DNA from: Candidatus Marinacidobacterales bacterium
Lineage (GTDB): Bacteria > Acidobacteriota > Vicinamibacteria > Marinacidobacterales > SMYC01
Direction: 5' to 3'
DNA: 64,000 nt
Assembly (NCBI GenBank): GCA_965224085.1
Contig: CBDCYI010000004.1
Span: 448,001 to 512,000 of the forward strand
The translations under genes were made by a program, and so were the position numbers. This document shows positions 41,543 through 51,934 of the stretch, piece by piece; positions within the stretch are counted from its first letter, which is position 1; every line of letters starts with the position of its first letter. The notes beneath the pieces are model-generated. The model made no database searches, had not been told where the DNA came from, and saw nothing but the letters and a program-made list of their open reading frames with translations.

Positions 41543-43048
41543 TCATTCGTCTCCGAAAAGCGCTCGGTACTCTTTCTCGAGCGCTTTGGCTTTCTTCGTC
41601 GAGAGCCCGCCGAGAACCTCGATCGCTTGGCGCAAGCGTACGCGGGTCAAGTCCAGTCCGAGGAGCGCCATCGAGCTAAAGAGCGGCGTCGACGCTTTCG
41701 AGCCTGTGACGGCGACGTAGAAAGGCCGCGTCAGGTCGCGAAGCTTGATGTCCAGCTTCTCCGATAGCGAGCGCAAAACGCTTTCGATGGCTCCCTCGTT
41801 GAACTCTGGGAGGGCTTCGAAAAGCCAGATCGCCATCTGAAAAACACGCGCCAATTCCAACGGCTCTTTCCCCTTCAGCGTCAAATCCTCCGACCGGATC
41901 GGCACTCGATCCGCGAAGAAGAACGCGGTGAGAAAGCCCCAATCGGCGAGTGTTTCGAGACGGGGCTGGGCGAGCGGCACGATCTTTGCGAGATAGTCGG
42001 CGCCGAGCGCCCAATCCTGGAGCAGATTCAAGAGCCGTGCGCCGTCATAGTCCTCACGGATGTAGCGCGCGTTCAGCCAACGTAGCTTGTCGACATCGAA
42101 AACCGGACCGCCTAGCGATAACTTCTCGATGTCGAAATGTTCGATGAACTCCGCGAGCGTAAACTTCTCTTCTCCTTCCGCACGCGTCCAACCGATCATG
42201 CCCATGAAGTTCACGATGGCCTCGGGGAGAAAACCAGCACGACGGTAATAGTTGATGGAGGTCGGGTTCTTCCGTTTCGAAAGCTTGGACTTGTTCGCGT
42301 CGTTATTCCTGAGAAGCGGCAGATGGCAAAAGACCGGCGGCTCCCATCCGAAATAGTCGTAGAGCTTCAAGTGTTTCGGAACCGAACTGATCCACTCCTC
42401 TCCCCGGATTACGTGACTGATCTCCATCAAGTGATCGTCGACGACGTTGGCGAGATGATAAGTCGGAAAACCGTCGGACTTCATCACGATCTGGTCGTCG
42501 ATGGACGCCCAGTCTTTCTGTATGTCTTCGCGAAGAAGATCGTGCATCACGCAATAGCCTTCGGTGGGAATCTTCATGCGCACGACAAAAGGTTCATCGG
42601 ATTCGTCTCGCGCGAGATCGCGACAGTGCCGGTCATAGCCAGGGAAGACTTTCTGCTCGCGGTGCTCGGCGCGCATCGCCTCCAAACGTTGCTTCGTGCA
42701 AAAACACCGATAGGCATGGCCGTCCGCGAGCAGCCGATCGACATGCTCCTTGTAAATCAATAAGCGCTCGCTCTGGCGATACGGCGCGTGGGGTCCCGAG
42801 ACATCCGGACCCTCGTCCCAAGTGAGCCCGAGCCAAAGCAGCGAGTCCAGGATCAGTTGCTCGGACTCACGCGTGGAGCGCGCTTGGTCCGTATCCTCGA
42901 TGCGCAAAATGAACCGCCCGTCATGTTGCCGCGCGAAAGCGTGGTTGAGGAGCGCCTGATAAGCCGTTCCGACATGAGGATCGCCCGTCGGGGACGGCGC
43001 GACACGAACACGAACCTTTGAATCTGCCGGCGTCATAACGTCGCGCAT
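41543..43048 (-). CDS. gltX: Glutamate--tRNA ligase
   Basis: RVAPSPTGDPHVG, RIEDTD, PYRQSER, HVIRGEEW, KLSKR. Confidence 0.95.
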   Translation of the reverse strand: MRDVMTPADSKVRVRVAPSPTGDPHVGTAYQALLNHAFARQHDGRFILRIEDTDQARSTRESEQLILDSLLWLGLTWDEGPDVSGPHAPYRQSERLLIYKEHVDRLLADGHAYRCFCTKQRLEAMRAEHREQKVFPGYDRHCRDLARDESDEPFVVRMKIPTEGYCVMHDLLREDIQKDWASIDDQIVMKSDGFPTYHLANVVDDHLMEISHVIRGEEWISSVPKHLKLYDYFGWEPPVFCHLPLLRNNDANKSKLSKRKNPTSINYYRRAGFLPEAIVNFMGMIGWTRAEGEEKFTLAEFIEHFDIEKLSLGGPVFDVDKLRWLNARYIREDYDGARLLNLLQDWALGADYLAKIVPLAQPRLETLADWGFLTAFFFADRVPIRSEDLTLKGKEPLELARVFQMAIWLFEALPEFNEGAIESVLRSLSEKLDIKLRDLTRPFYVAVTGSKASTPLFSSMALLGLDLTRVRLRQAIEVLGGLSTKKAKALEKEYRALFGDE

Positions 43049-43070
43049 TGTACCTCTCGAACGGGCCACT

Positions 43071-43400
43071 GTCGTAGGCATCGTCGGCCATGTGCGACAT
43101 TCGTGTCTCCACGCGCTCGCGCGCCCGCAGACCTATTCGCATCACGCACAAGCCAAGGACGCGTCGATGGAAGTCGTTCTCCGGACGAGCGGCGCGCCGC
43201 TCGGTCTGGTCCGCACCGCTCGCGAAAGCGTGCACGCGATGGACCCAGCACAGGCACTCTAGAACGTGCAGCCTCTAGAGGAGCTCGTCGACCGCTCCAC
43301 GGCTACGCCCCTCGTGCCGGGGAAGCGCGCGACGCTGGTCGACCCGAAGGTCGCTTTGAGATCGGAGGAAACGCTCATCCGTCCTACCCAAGTGATATAG
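43071..43400 (+). pseudogene. Second ADOP-type ABC permease remnant (internal piece fused to C-terminus, in-frame stop)
   Basis: Not in ORF track. VVGIVGHVRH...VVLRTSGAPLGLVRTARESVHAMDPAQAL*NVQPLEELVDRS joined to LVPGKRATLVDPKVALRSE. Confidence 0.8.
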
Positions 43401-43439
43401 TCTTCGCGCCTTCGACGCCGAGTTGAAGAGGAGGAGACG

Positions 43440-45476
43440 ATGAAGAGGATCCTTTTCGCCATGAGCCTCATCCTCGCCGCAATGATTTCGGCCGCCGTCC
43501 AAGACGACGGCGATAGAGATGGCGAGTGGCGCTACATCGGTGGGGACGCGGGGCACACCCGGTACTCGCCGCTCGACCAGATCAACAAAGACAACTTCGA
43601 GGATCTGGAGACCGCTTGGGTCTTTCGGGGGGACAACTACGGCTCGACTGTTGATTACCTCTTCCGCTCGACGCCGATCTATGTCGAAGGGCTCTTGTAC
43701 ACCGTGGCCGGCCGCCGCCGCACCGTCATCGCCATCGATCCGGCCACGGGCGAGACGATCTGGACGTACCGCGAGCCCCACACGACACGCTACGAGCGAG
43801 GCATGCGGAACAATTATGGGAAAGGAGTGGCCTACGCCGACGTGGACGGCCGTGGAGTGATCTTTACCAGCAGCCCCGGCTTTTTCCTCCACGCCCTCGA
43901 TGCGAAAACAGGCCTACCGCTTCCGAACTGGGGAAAGCCGGTACCTCTCCTTGGCTTTTCTCAGACGGGAGTCGTGGACTTATTGCCAGACCTCGTGAGG
44001 GACTGGGACCCCTGGCTCACCTCCGGCTACGCCTACGATCCGGATCACGGGGTCCCGCGCGACCTCGGAAATCTCAGCAGCTCGTCGCCTCCTATCGTCG
44101 TAAACGGCGTCGTGATCGTCAGCAACGTTCACGAGCAGGGTTACTACCAGACCCGCACCGAGAACATCCCGGGCGACATCCTCGCCTATGACGCGCGCAC
44201 CGGGAAACACCTTTGGAAGTTTCATGTCATCCCTCGCCCCGGTGAGCTCGGTCACGAAACGTGGGAGAACGACGCATGGAAGACCACGGGCGATGTCTCT
44301 TCGTGGGCGCCGATGTCGGCCGACCCCGAGCGCGGGATCGTCTACATCCCCACCAACCCGCCGACGATCGACTTCTACGGCGGCTTCCGTCCCGGCGACA
44401 ATCTCTTCGGCACTAGCCTCATCGCACTCGATGTCAAGACGGGTGAGCGGGTGTGGCACTTCCAGTTGGTGCACCACGACATCTGGAACTTCGACAATCC
44501 CACGGCGCCGGTCGTGCTGAACGTCACTGTCGACGGGCGCCCGATGCCTATTGTGGTTCAGACAACGAAACAAGCTTGGGCCTTCGCCTTCAACCGGGAG
44601 ACCGGCGAGCCGGTTTGGCCGATCGAGGAGCGCGAAGTTCCGCAGTCGGACCTTCCCGGCGAGAAGCTTTCGCCGACCCAGCCTTTCCCCACGTGGCCGC
44701 TCGCCTACGACATGCAAGGGCTCACCGAGGACGATCTCATCGACTACACACCCGAGCTCCGGCAAGAGGCCTTGGACATTATTAAGAACTACAAGATCGG
44801 ACCGATCTTCAACCCACCCATCCAGGTGGACCACCCTTCGGGTCTGCGCTCGTTCGTCAGCTGCCCGAGCGGTGCGACGAACATCCACGGTCCAGCCTCC
44901 GCGGACCCGGAGGCCGGGATCTTGTACGTGTCCTCGCGAACCGGGTGCCGATCCGAGAACATCGTGCCCGGCCGCGTCATGGACGAGCCCGATGACCGCA
45001 TGACCACGGGTAAGACGATCTCGGACTGGGTCGTCGCGAATCGCGGTGACTTTCGCGGCCCACAAGGTCTTCCGATCTACAAGCCGCCCTACAGCCGGAT
45101 CACGGCGATCGACATGAACACGGGCGAGCAACTTTGGCAGATCCCGAACGGAGACACGCCCGCTCGCATCAAGAACCACCCGGCACTTCAGGGGGTGGAC
45201 TTGCCGAATACGGGGGTAACCACTATGCCCGTGACACTCGCCACAGTAAGCTTGCTCGTCCATGCGGAAGGCTCCGGCGGGCAACCGCTCCTCCGAGCGA
45301 TCGACAAGAAGACCGGTGAGCGTCTGGGAGTCGTCGACCTGCCCGCACCGGGCCAGTACGGAATGATGACCTATTTGCACGACGGGAAGCAGTACATCGT
45401 GGTGCAGATCATGAGCCCGACCCACCCCGGTTCGCTGGTGGCGCTACGGCTCCCCGACGATTCTAACGATTCGTGA
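43440..45476 (+). CDS. PQQ-dependent (quinoprotein glucose dehydrogenase-like) dehydrogenase
   Basis: EWRYIGGD..TRYSPLDQI, WHFQLVHHDIWNFD, TQPFP, KPPYSRITAIDMNTGE. Confidence 0.9.
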   Translation: MKRILFAMSLILAAMISAAVQDDGDRDGEWRYIGGDAGHTRYSPLDQINKDNFEDLETAWVFRGDNYGSTVDYLFRSTPIYVEGLLYTVAGRRRTVIAIDPATGETIWTYREPHTTRYERGMRNNYGKGVAYADVDGRGVIFTSSPGFFLHALDAKTGLPLPNWGKPVPLLGFSQTGVVDLLPDLVRDWDPWLTSGYAYDPDHGVPRDLGNLSSSSPPIVVNGVVIVSNVHEQGYYQTRTENIPGDILAYDARTGKHLWKFHVIPRPGELGHETWENDAWKTTGDVSSWAPMSADPERGIVYIPTNPPTIDFYGGFRPGDNLFGTSLIALDVKTGERVWHFQLVHHDIWNFDNPTAPVVLNVTVDGRPMPIVVQTTKQAWAFAFNRETGEPVWPIEEREVPQSDLPGEKLSPTQPFPTWPLAYDMQGLTEDDLIDYTPELRQEALDIIKNYKIGPIFNPPIQVDHPSGLRSFVSCPSGATNIHGPASADPEAGILYVSSRTGCRSENIVPGRVMDEPDDRMTTGKTISDWVVANRGDFRGPQGLPIYKPPYSRITAIDMNTGEQLWQIPNGDTPARIKNHPALQGVDLPNTGVTTMPVTLATVSLLVHAEGSGGQPLLRAIDKKTGERLGVVDLPAPGQYGMMTYLHDGKQYIVVQIMSPTHPGSLVALRLPDDSNDS

Positions 45477-45505
45477 CCGTGCAGAAGTTTTGAGAGGTGC
45501 TCGAG

Positions 45506-46555
45506 ATGTCTGATTCCCGTCGCGTCGGCTCGATCGTGGCATTTTGCTTGGCGGCGTTGCTCGTGACGTGGGGTGCGAGCTCACACGCTCAATCGGTAGC
45601 CAACAATCCGTATCATGCGGTACACGGGTGGGAGAAGATGCCCAACGGTTGGCGACTCGGCGTGCCGAGCGGGGTCTTCCCCGATCCCGACGGCGAGCAC
45701 ATTTGGATCTTGGCCCGCTGCGGTGCCAACCACTGTGCGAGCTCGGACCAGGACGCGATCTTCAAGTTCGATTTGGACGGGAACGTTGTGAAGAGCTTTG
45801 GCGCCCGCATGTTCTCGTTCCCTCACGGCTTCTTTCTCGACCATGAAGGCTATTTGTGGGTCACCGAAGGCGCGCCCGCCGGAGACCGTCGAGAGGTCGA
45901 GGGGCTCGAACGCGGCCTCGGGCACAACGTGTTCAAGCTCGACCAGGATGGCGAAGTGGTGATGACCCTCGGTGAAGCGGGGGTCGCGGGCTACGGCGCG
46001 AAACACTTCAACGGTCCGTCGGGTGTTGTGGTCGCGAAAAACGGCAACATCTGGATCGCGGACGGGCATCGCGGCGGAAACAACCGCATCGTCAAGTTCT
46101 CGAGCGACGGAACGTTCCTACTAGAGGTCGGCGGCGATGTCGCCGGGAAGAGCGGTGACCCGGGGAAGTTCAACGACCCGCATGACCTCGCCATGGATGC
46201 CGAAGGCCGACTCATCGTGGCGGATCGAGGCAACAATCGGGTCCAGATCTTCGATGAGGACGGAACCCTGCTCGCGGTGTGGACGCAATTCGGTCGGCCG
46301 AGCACGGTGTTCGTCGACCCGCACGGCGTCATCTATACGGGAGATGGGATGTCGAACGACCAGTGGAACCCCGGTTGGGAGCGCGGGATCCGAATCGGAG
46401 ACGTCAAGACCGGTTGGGTCACAGCCTTCATTCCCGATTCGGAAGCGCCCGACGGCACCGGAGTCGAGTTCCTCGGTGTAGATTTCCAGGGCAACATTTA
46501 CGCTGGGGAAGTTGGCCGCCAGCGATTGGTGAAGTACGTTCGATTCAGGCCGTAA
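45506..46555 (+). CDS. NHL-repeat protein (peptidyl-alpha-hydroxyglycine lyase-like)
   Basis: FPHG, FNGPSGV, FNDPHDLA, VADRGNNRVQIFD, GIRIG. Confidence 0.88.
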   Translation: MSDSRRVGSIVAFCLAALLVTWGASSHAQSVANNPYHAVHGWEKMPNGWRLGVPSGVFPDPDGEHIWILARCGANHCASSDQDAIFKFDLDGNVVKSFGARMFSFPHGFFLDHEGYLWVTEGAPAGDRREVEGLERGLGHNVFKLDQDGEVVMTLGEAGVAGYGAKHFNGPSGVVVAKNGNIWIADGHRGGNNRIVKFSSDGTFLLEVGGDVAGKSGDPGKFNDPHDLAMDAEGRLIVADRGNNRVQIFDEDGTLLAVWTQFGRPSTVFVDPHGVIYTGDGMSNDQWNPGWERGIRIGDVKTGWVTAFIPDSEAPDGTGVEFLGVDFQGNIYAGEVGRQRLVKYVRFRP

Positions 46556-46572
46556 GGCATGTTCGAATCGCG

Positions 46573-46640
46573 GGCGTTGTTGCAGCTAGAAAGCGCCGAG
46601 CCGCTCCTCGAGCCATTCGTTGCTCACCTGGGCCACGCTC
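46573..46640 (-). mobile_element. Orphan IS5 (IS903-group) terminal remnant
   Basis: GGCGTTGTTGCA is identical to 12 bp of the IR ending at 52342. Confidence 0.45.
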
Positions 46641-46764
46641 CTTTCCTCCTAGGCTGAGACTACACAGAAGGACACTTTTTTCTAAACGGTGGGAGCTGAG
46701 ACTACCGCGTAGCGGTTTCGTTCAACGTTGCTTTAACAGGCTGAAGCGGACCAATAGCGGACGC

Positions 46765-47406
46765 CTAGAGCCAAAATAGGTGAAGTGCTTCATCTTCATC
46801 GACGAATATTCTGAAGTACTTACCTGCTACGATCCAAGCAAATCCGAATGTGCCCAGTGCTATTGCTTCTACCCAATATAAGACGCTCCACGCGTCCATT
46901 GTCTCTCTAGTCAAAGTGAACTTCGCAATCAATCCCGACAACATGCATACAACCATTACGCAACCGCATGCAAAATAGATTCTACTTCGTCGCCCCTTCT
47001 TACCGTGTCGACCTTTCGTATTCTGCCTAAAGGGTCCGAAACAAAAGTACGCCAGTGTTGCAAACAGAATAATTGCAGCAACAGTATGGACGATTGATGT
47101 TGGGTCAGATTTACAAGTGGGACAGGATGTCGGGCAGAGTGCAACGAGTATTGCTGCGACCGATGCTCCCTTGCTCGCTAGGGCCTCTTTTACGGTATGT
47201 CCGTTGTAGGCCCACAACAATGCACTTACAACAAATAGCATGCCAATAAAAACATCGCGCGCCTCCGTATGGTACGAAGCACTAACGGACGAGAGTGACA
47301 TCGAGGAAATAATGGTAACGATGGGCGCTAGCGAAAACGCGATGATCCCCATAAGTAGGCGAAGTGCTCTATAGTCAAATATCGGACTGGTATTTTTGGC
47401 TGTCAT
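46765..47406 (-). CDS. Low-GC multi-pass membrane protein (DUF998-like hypothetical)
   Basis: About 6 TM segments, SVSASYHTEARDVFIG, H..AAIILF, YWVEAIAL..FGFAWIV. Visibly more AT-rich than flanks. Confidence 0.75.
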   Translation of the reverse strand: MTAKNTSPIFDYRALRLLMGIIAFSLAPIVTIISSMSLSSVSASYHTEARDVFIGMLFVVSALLWAYNGHTVKEALASKGASVAAILVALCPTSCPTCKSDPTSIVHTVAAIILFATLAYFCFGPFRQNTKGRHGKKGRRSRIYFACGCVMVVCMLSGLIAKFTLTRETMDAWSVLYWVEAIALGTFGFAWIVAGKYFRIFVDEDEALHLFWL

Positions 47407-47583
47407 ACGTCTCGCCCCAAGAAACTTTACATTGTATCGGCCGCTCTGGGTCGATACCCGTCTGTCGCAATCATAGCATTCGAGGGGTATTGTCAAGTTG
47501 AGGGCTTCAAGGCCGATTCGACCCCAAGATATGGCTGACGGCGCATCCTCGAGCCCCTCGATATTGGGGCGCGATTCACCAAG

Positions 47584-48117
47584 TGAACAACCACCGCCTA
47601 GAAGGCGGTGGCTTCAAGGGCTGTCAATTGGAAATTGACTGTCGTCGTGAAGAGGCTCGCCATCCTGGGAGTCTATGTACTCCTTTACCATCTCGTCCGT
47701 TATGCTTCCTGAACTCACCGCCAGATATCCTCGGGCCCAGAAGTGCCGGCCCCAAAACTTCTTCCTCAGGTGAGCAAACTCCTGAAGGAGTACTCGGGAG
47801 CTTATTCCTTTTAGCCACTGCACGATCGTACTCGTCCTGGTGTGGTCGGTAGGATACGAACACGTGGACGTGGTCGCGTGCAACCTTACCCGAGATTATG
47901 TGCAGCTCATGTTCCATCGCGATCTGACGAATCAGATCGCGCACACGAACCGCTACTGGACCGATCAAAACCTTTTTACGATATTTCGGTATCCAAACGC
48001 TTTTAGGTCCGTTTTCGTGTGCGCTCCGTGCCTGTAGTGACGCACGCGACCACAATACCACGATCTTCTCTTCGCCTAAAGGCGAGGGGTTTCGACCATC
48101 CCCGGAAGAGACACTAA
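47584..48117 (-). mobile_element. IS200-type element (tnpA only), degenerate
   Basis: Subterminal hairpins CCACCGCC-TAGAA-GGCGGTGG (47591-47611) and TCGCC-TAAA-GGCGA (~48072-48085). Ends are approximate. Confidence 0.75.
47614..48045 (-). pseudogene. tnpA: IS200/IS605 HUH (Y1) transposase with two frameshifts
   Basis: HGAHTKTDLKA / VWIPKYRK..DHVHVFV / LKGISSR..FWARGY..EYI across three frames. Confidence 0.85.
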
Positions 48118-48137
48118 TAAGAAACTCGTTTGGGGGC

Positions 48138-48370
48138 AGTGACGTCAAAACCGAGCTCCCTCAGGCGTCGTGTTGAGCCGGTGCCATCCAAGACTACCGC
48201 GTTTCATTCATTCGGGGTGGCCGTCAGGCCGTGTAAGAAACTCAGGGTGTAGCGTTGGCAAGAGGTGCGAGAGTGACGTCAAAACCGAGCTCCCTCAGGC
48301 GTCGTGTTGAGCCGGTGCCACCTCCAGAGACTACCGCGTTTCATTCATTCGGGGTGGCCGTCAGGCCGTG
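48138..48370. repeat. Two near-identical ~97-bp direct repeats, period 134 bp
   Basis: AGTGACGTCAAAACCGAGCTCC...GGCCGTCAGGCCGTG at 48138-48233 and 48272-48370, differing by small indels. Confidence 0.9.
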
Positions 48371-48484
48371 GAAAACTTGACAGAACCCAGCTCTCCTTTC
48401 AATTCCTCCAGCTCATTTCGGATCTCTTTGGCAGACTGATACCGACGTTCCGTATCTTTGGCCAAACACCGTCTGGTGATTCTC
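48361..48484 (-). pseudogene. Ser/Thr kinase C-lobe remnant truncated by IS5
   Basis: RITRRCLAKDTERRYQSAKEIRNELEELK. Confidence 0.75.
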
Positions 48485-49571
48485 TGCCTTGGTGCACAAC
48501 TCCGCTTGCGGCCAAGAGCTCGCTTCGCCCCGACTTCCATCATCCGATCATCTCGCTATCAGGTAATCCGAGCGCCGTCATGGTGTTCAGAATCTTGCTC
48601 CCGATCCCTGCCTCAACTCCATGTGCCGCCAACCCTCTCGCTCGCATCGCTGAGCCCACGATGGCCTTGTAGCGATGGAACGTTGTCTCGACTTTGCTCC
48701 GTTTGCTGTAGCCCGATTCTGTGTGCCACTTTCGTTTGCCGAGCCGAGTTCGTGCTGAAATGTTTCGATTGCGCTGTCGGCTGCTCGCCGGCCCCGATGC
48801 AAGCTGAGCGCCTTTTCGTGGCGGTATCAGCACCCTCGGCGAGCGATGAGCGCGGTGACTCTTGTCATTTTTCGAGCGCCTCATAGACGCCGCTGGCGTC
48901 GTATGCGGTGTCAGCTCTGGCCGATGAGATGGGACTGTCGCTCTGTCCGACAAGCGATGCAACCCGCGATGAATCGCGGGCTCTTTTGCTCGTCAGCTCG
49001 CCGGCGACGACTTCGCCACTCTGCTCGTCGACACACAGATGGAGCTTGCGATAGTCCCTGCTATTTGGTGCTCTGCGCAGCTGGCCGGCGTGGACAGCGA
49101 GACCGCTGCTGTCGATCAAGATGTGCAACGGCGTCTTCTGCTTGTCTTGGTAGAAGGGGACCTTACCCAGCTTCGCCTTGCGCCTCGAGATCGTGGTGTG
49201 ATCGGGCACATCATTGTCTAGCTTCATCAGAGCGAACAACGATCGCAGCAATCCCTCGCTCTGCCTAGACGACAGATGAAAACACCATGCCCAGGGTGAC
49301 AGCCGTCTCGATGGCGTGGTTCGACTACTTGCGTTGACGGCCCGGTTTCCTCCTCCTCGGCCGGGGCGCGTCCCAGTTCACAAGCTTGCCGGCGGTGAGC
49401 GAGATCCAGACGGTCAGGCTGCCGCGCTCGCGTAGACTCGCCTCATATTCACGCCAATTCCTCACGCGATAGGCCTTGTTCACATACTTCCGCTGAGTGC
49501 GTTTGAAAATGCTCATCGCGAACCTCGAATCCGCCATTATGGGCCGTGATCGCGAGTTGTGCACCAAGGCA
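48485..49571 (-). mobile_element. IS5-family (IS903 group) element, both IRs present, no target duplication
   Basis: Perfect IR TGCCTTGGTGCACAACTC / GAGTTGTGCACCAAGGCA; unrelated flanks. Confidence 0.85.
48540..49516 (-). pseudogene. IS5 transposase with premature stop and frameshifts
   Basis: YRVRNWREYEASLRERGSLTVW, VPDHTTISRR, IDSSG, RKLHL, ADTAYD, SGYSKRSKVETTFHRYK. Confidence 0.88.
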
Positions 49572-49677
49572 GCGTGGCGGTGCCGATCCCGATCCCGAGG
49601 AGGGCCAGCACACTCGAGGCCAATACCGCGCGCGAATTCTTTTTTCGCATCGTTTCGCCGACGAAATGGAAGCTCAT
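49572..49677 (-). pseudogene. Signal-peptide stub of a gene cut by IS5
   Basis: ATG overlaps the amidohydrolase stop; MRKKNSRAVLASSVLALLGIGIGTAT runs into the IR. Confidence 0.5.
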
Positions 49678-50285
49678 CGCTCATAGAGAATCGGACGGGT
49701 GGGCAGGGTCTTCTGATCGATCCTCTGACCTTCCTTCATGACCCAACGCAACTGGCGAAGGTTCGAGATGTCCGCGATCGGGTCGGCATCCAGAACGAGC
49801 AGATCCGCAAATTTGCCGACCTCGAGTGTGCCGATATCCTCGAGGGCTTTCGAGGCGATGGCGCCGTTCCAGGTTCCAGCCACGATGGCCTCTTCGGCGC
49901 TCATGCCGAGCTCCACCAGATTCTCGATGGCGGAGATGGTCCCGTAGCCCGGCTCGCGGTAGACGGACCGCAGGGCGGTCGGCGTCCTGGCGAATTCCGG
50001 CGCGGCCACCGGAGCATTATCCGTCCCCACCGTCACGATGCAGCCGCCCTCGATCAGTTTCTTCGCGTTTCGCCGGTTCATCTCCGTGTCGAGACCGAGG
50101 AGCGCCCGCTCTCGCCGCCGCTCGGCGGAGGTCTTCGCCCTCTTCACGGCCCTTTTGAGTCCGCGCTTCTGGGCCATGGAGGCCTCCGATGCCAACCGGG
50201 CTTCGGCCCCTTTCCGGGCTTCGAGATGCTCCTGATAGCCTTGCCCCGCCCAGCGGTTGACCAGCATACGTTGTGTCGGCGGTCG
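49674..50285 (-). pseudogene. Amidohydrolase C-terminal fragment
   Basis: VTVGTD, GMSAEEAIVAGTWNGA, IGTLEVGKFADLLVLDADP, VMKEG. Confidence 0.8.
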
Positions 50286-50709
50286 AGGCTGCTCCGCAAG
50301 AAGCTGCGGATTGGGAAAGCCGCAAGCAATCAACCAATCCACCTGATGATCGATAGCACGGGCTTGAGGATTCATGTTGGAACCACCCGCAAACCGCCAA
50401 AGCAGCGCGCCTGGCGCAAGTTGCACATCGCCGTTGATCGCAAGACCGGCAACATTGTTGCGTCCGAACTGACGGCGTCACGAGTTCGCGACGCAACGCG
50501 AGTCCCCCCTTTGCTAACACAGATTCAAGCACCTCTAGCGTGGGCGGCGGCAGACAGTGCATACGACAAGGAAACGGTCTACAAAGCCATCGAAGCACAC
50601 AGTCCTGGACGAAGGACGCGCGTGGTGATTCCGCCGCAACGAAAGGGAATTATCCGCTTGACTTTCTTCTGAATCGAGACTAATACTCGCCGCTTCCAGG
50701 AGAACGATT

Positions 50710-50868
50710 ATGCCTAGACCCACCAAAGACAACGAAATTGAGGACCTTGAAGAACTCAGGGAAATCGCCGAGCGCGACCCGCTCAAGGCTCTCGAAGAAT
50801 TCGTGGGTAAGGTCGTCAAAGACCAGCCGCCCACAAATAAGCCAGTTGACTTTCTAGAGCAGACCTAA
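50710..50868 (+). CDS. 52-aa acidic passenger ORF inside IS1595
   Basis: AGGAG RBS; MPRPTKDNEIEDLEELREIAERDPLKALEEFVGKVVKDQPPTNKPVDFLEQT*. Confidence 0.5.
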   Translation: MPRPTKDNEIEDLEELREIAERDPLKALEEFVGKVVKDQPPTNKPVDFLEQT

Positions 50869-50881
50869 GACAATCCTCCCC

Positions 50882-51010
50882 GCAAGCGTTTTTCTGTAAT
50901 CCCGCTCCGTCGGGTTACCCGCTGAATACAATAGCCTCGACCCGGCTTTGGGTAGCTCCCAAGGCCCGGCAAATAGGCGGGAGCTTTCCTCCTTACAGAG
51001 AAACGCTTGC
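50882..51010. ncRNA. Candidate multi-stem structured RNA inside IS1595
   Basis: 18-bp closing stem GCAAGCGTTTTTCTGTAA / TTACAGAGAAACGCTTGC enclosing hairpins CCCG/CGGG, ACCCG/TGGGT and AGCTCCC..GCC/GGC..GGGAGCT. Confidence 0.4.
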
Positions 51011-51059
51011 AATGGCCCGGCTCCAATTTCGGGCCCGGGCAAAACGGGAGGTTAGAAAC

Positions 51060-51180
51060 ATGCTTAGGCTTTTGTTCGTCATCCCCATTCTGCTTTGGGC
51101 TTTTACCGCTAGCGCTCAACCAGCAGAAAGACGGCTGGCGCGTGTCAAGACAGAATTCACGGGGTGCTTCGACCCCCAGG
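51060..51180 (+). pseudogene. 5' stub of a secreted passenger gene, convergent with and fused to the transposase
   Basis: GGAGG RBS; signal peptide MLRLLFVIPILLWAFTASAQ. Confidence 0.5.
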
Positions 51181-51934
51181 ACGTGCCGACGATGCCGCGT
51201 TTTAGAAGTGCCCACACGCTCTCTATTCCGTTGGTATGTACGTCGCCGCGCACCCATTCCTCGGCGCTGTGATTGACCGTCTCGTGCCGGTAGAGGCGGT
51301 CCTTCAAACCTGCATAGGCTTTGTGCTCGTCGGTGTGAAGGGTTGAGCCTGCTTCGACGTTCTGCTCGATAACCTGTTGCACCCTGTACTTGTCGGTCGT
51401 TTCGATGGGAATGGCCACGACGTTGCCGCCGCGTTCGCGCATTCCCAAGACGGCTTGTTTGCCGACAGGACCGCGGCCGGCCCGGAGCTTCTTGTGGGCG
51501 TGCTTATTCTTTTCCTTGCCGCCGATGTAGGTCTCGTCAATTTCGACAATGCCCGAAAGGGGCCATCCGTTACCCTTGCAGGCTTCGCGGAGCCGCTGAA
51601 GCATGAACCACGCGGAAGCCTGCCGGATGCCGAGCTCCTTGGCGAGCTGCATGGACGAAATGCTCTTCCGGGCGGTGACTAGCAGGTACATCCCGTAGAT
51701 CCATTTGTGGAGCGGAATGTGTGACCGTTCCATGACGGTTTTCGTTCGGACGGTGAAAACCTCCATGCAGGCGTTGCAGCGGTAGTAGCCGCCCTTGCGG
51801 GTGCCGATGCGTTTACGCTCGTGGCAGTGCGGGCAGCTCACTCCATCCGGCCACCGCCGTTGCTCGATGTAGAGTCTAGCTGTATCCTGGTCTGGAAATA
51901 ACTTGATGATTTCGAGAAAGCTTATGGTTGACAC
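51116..51934 (-). pseudogene. IS1595 transposase lacking the conserved C-terminus
   Basis: RWPDGVSCPHC..C..C zinc ribbon, VEIDETYIGG, HTDE, VNHS, HTNGIESVW. Similarity ends at about GIVGT, with no RY..EF..R.N motif. Confidence 0.85.

Noticed and set aside
46681-46740. attC site downstream of the low-GC gene
   Set aside because: There is a short hairpin (ACCGC-GTA-GCGGT) and an AAC end, but no convincing second R box or extrahelical-base pattern.
47584-48117. TnpB/omega-RNA system
   Set aside because: The element holds only a broken tnpA, with no tnpB or iscB and no room for one.
48138-48370. CRISPR array
   Set aside because: Only two units of about 97 bp, and no cas genes in the window.
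49497-50672. 391-aa plus-strand ORF as a novel fusion
   Set aside because: Chimera of antisense amidohydrolase sequence and an IS5 transposase fragment, created by a deletion.
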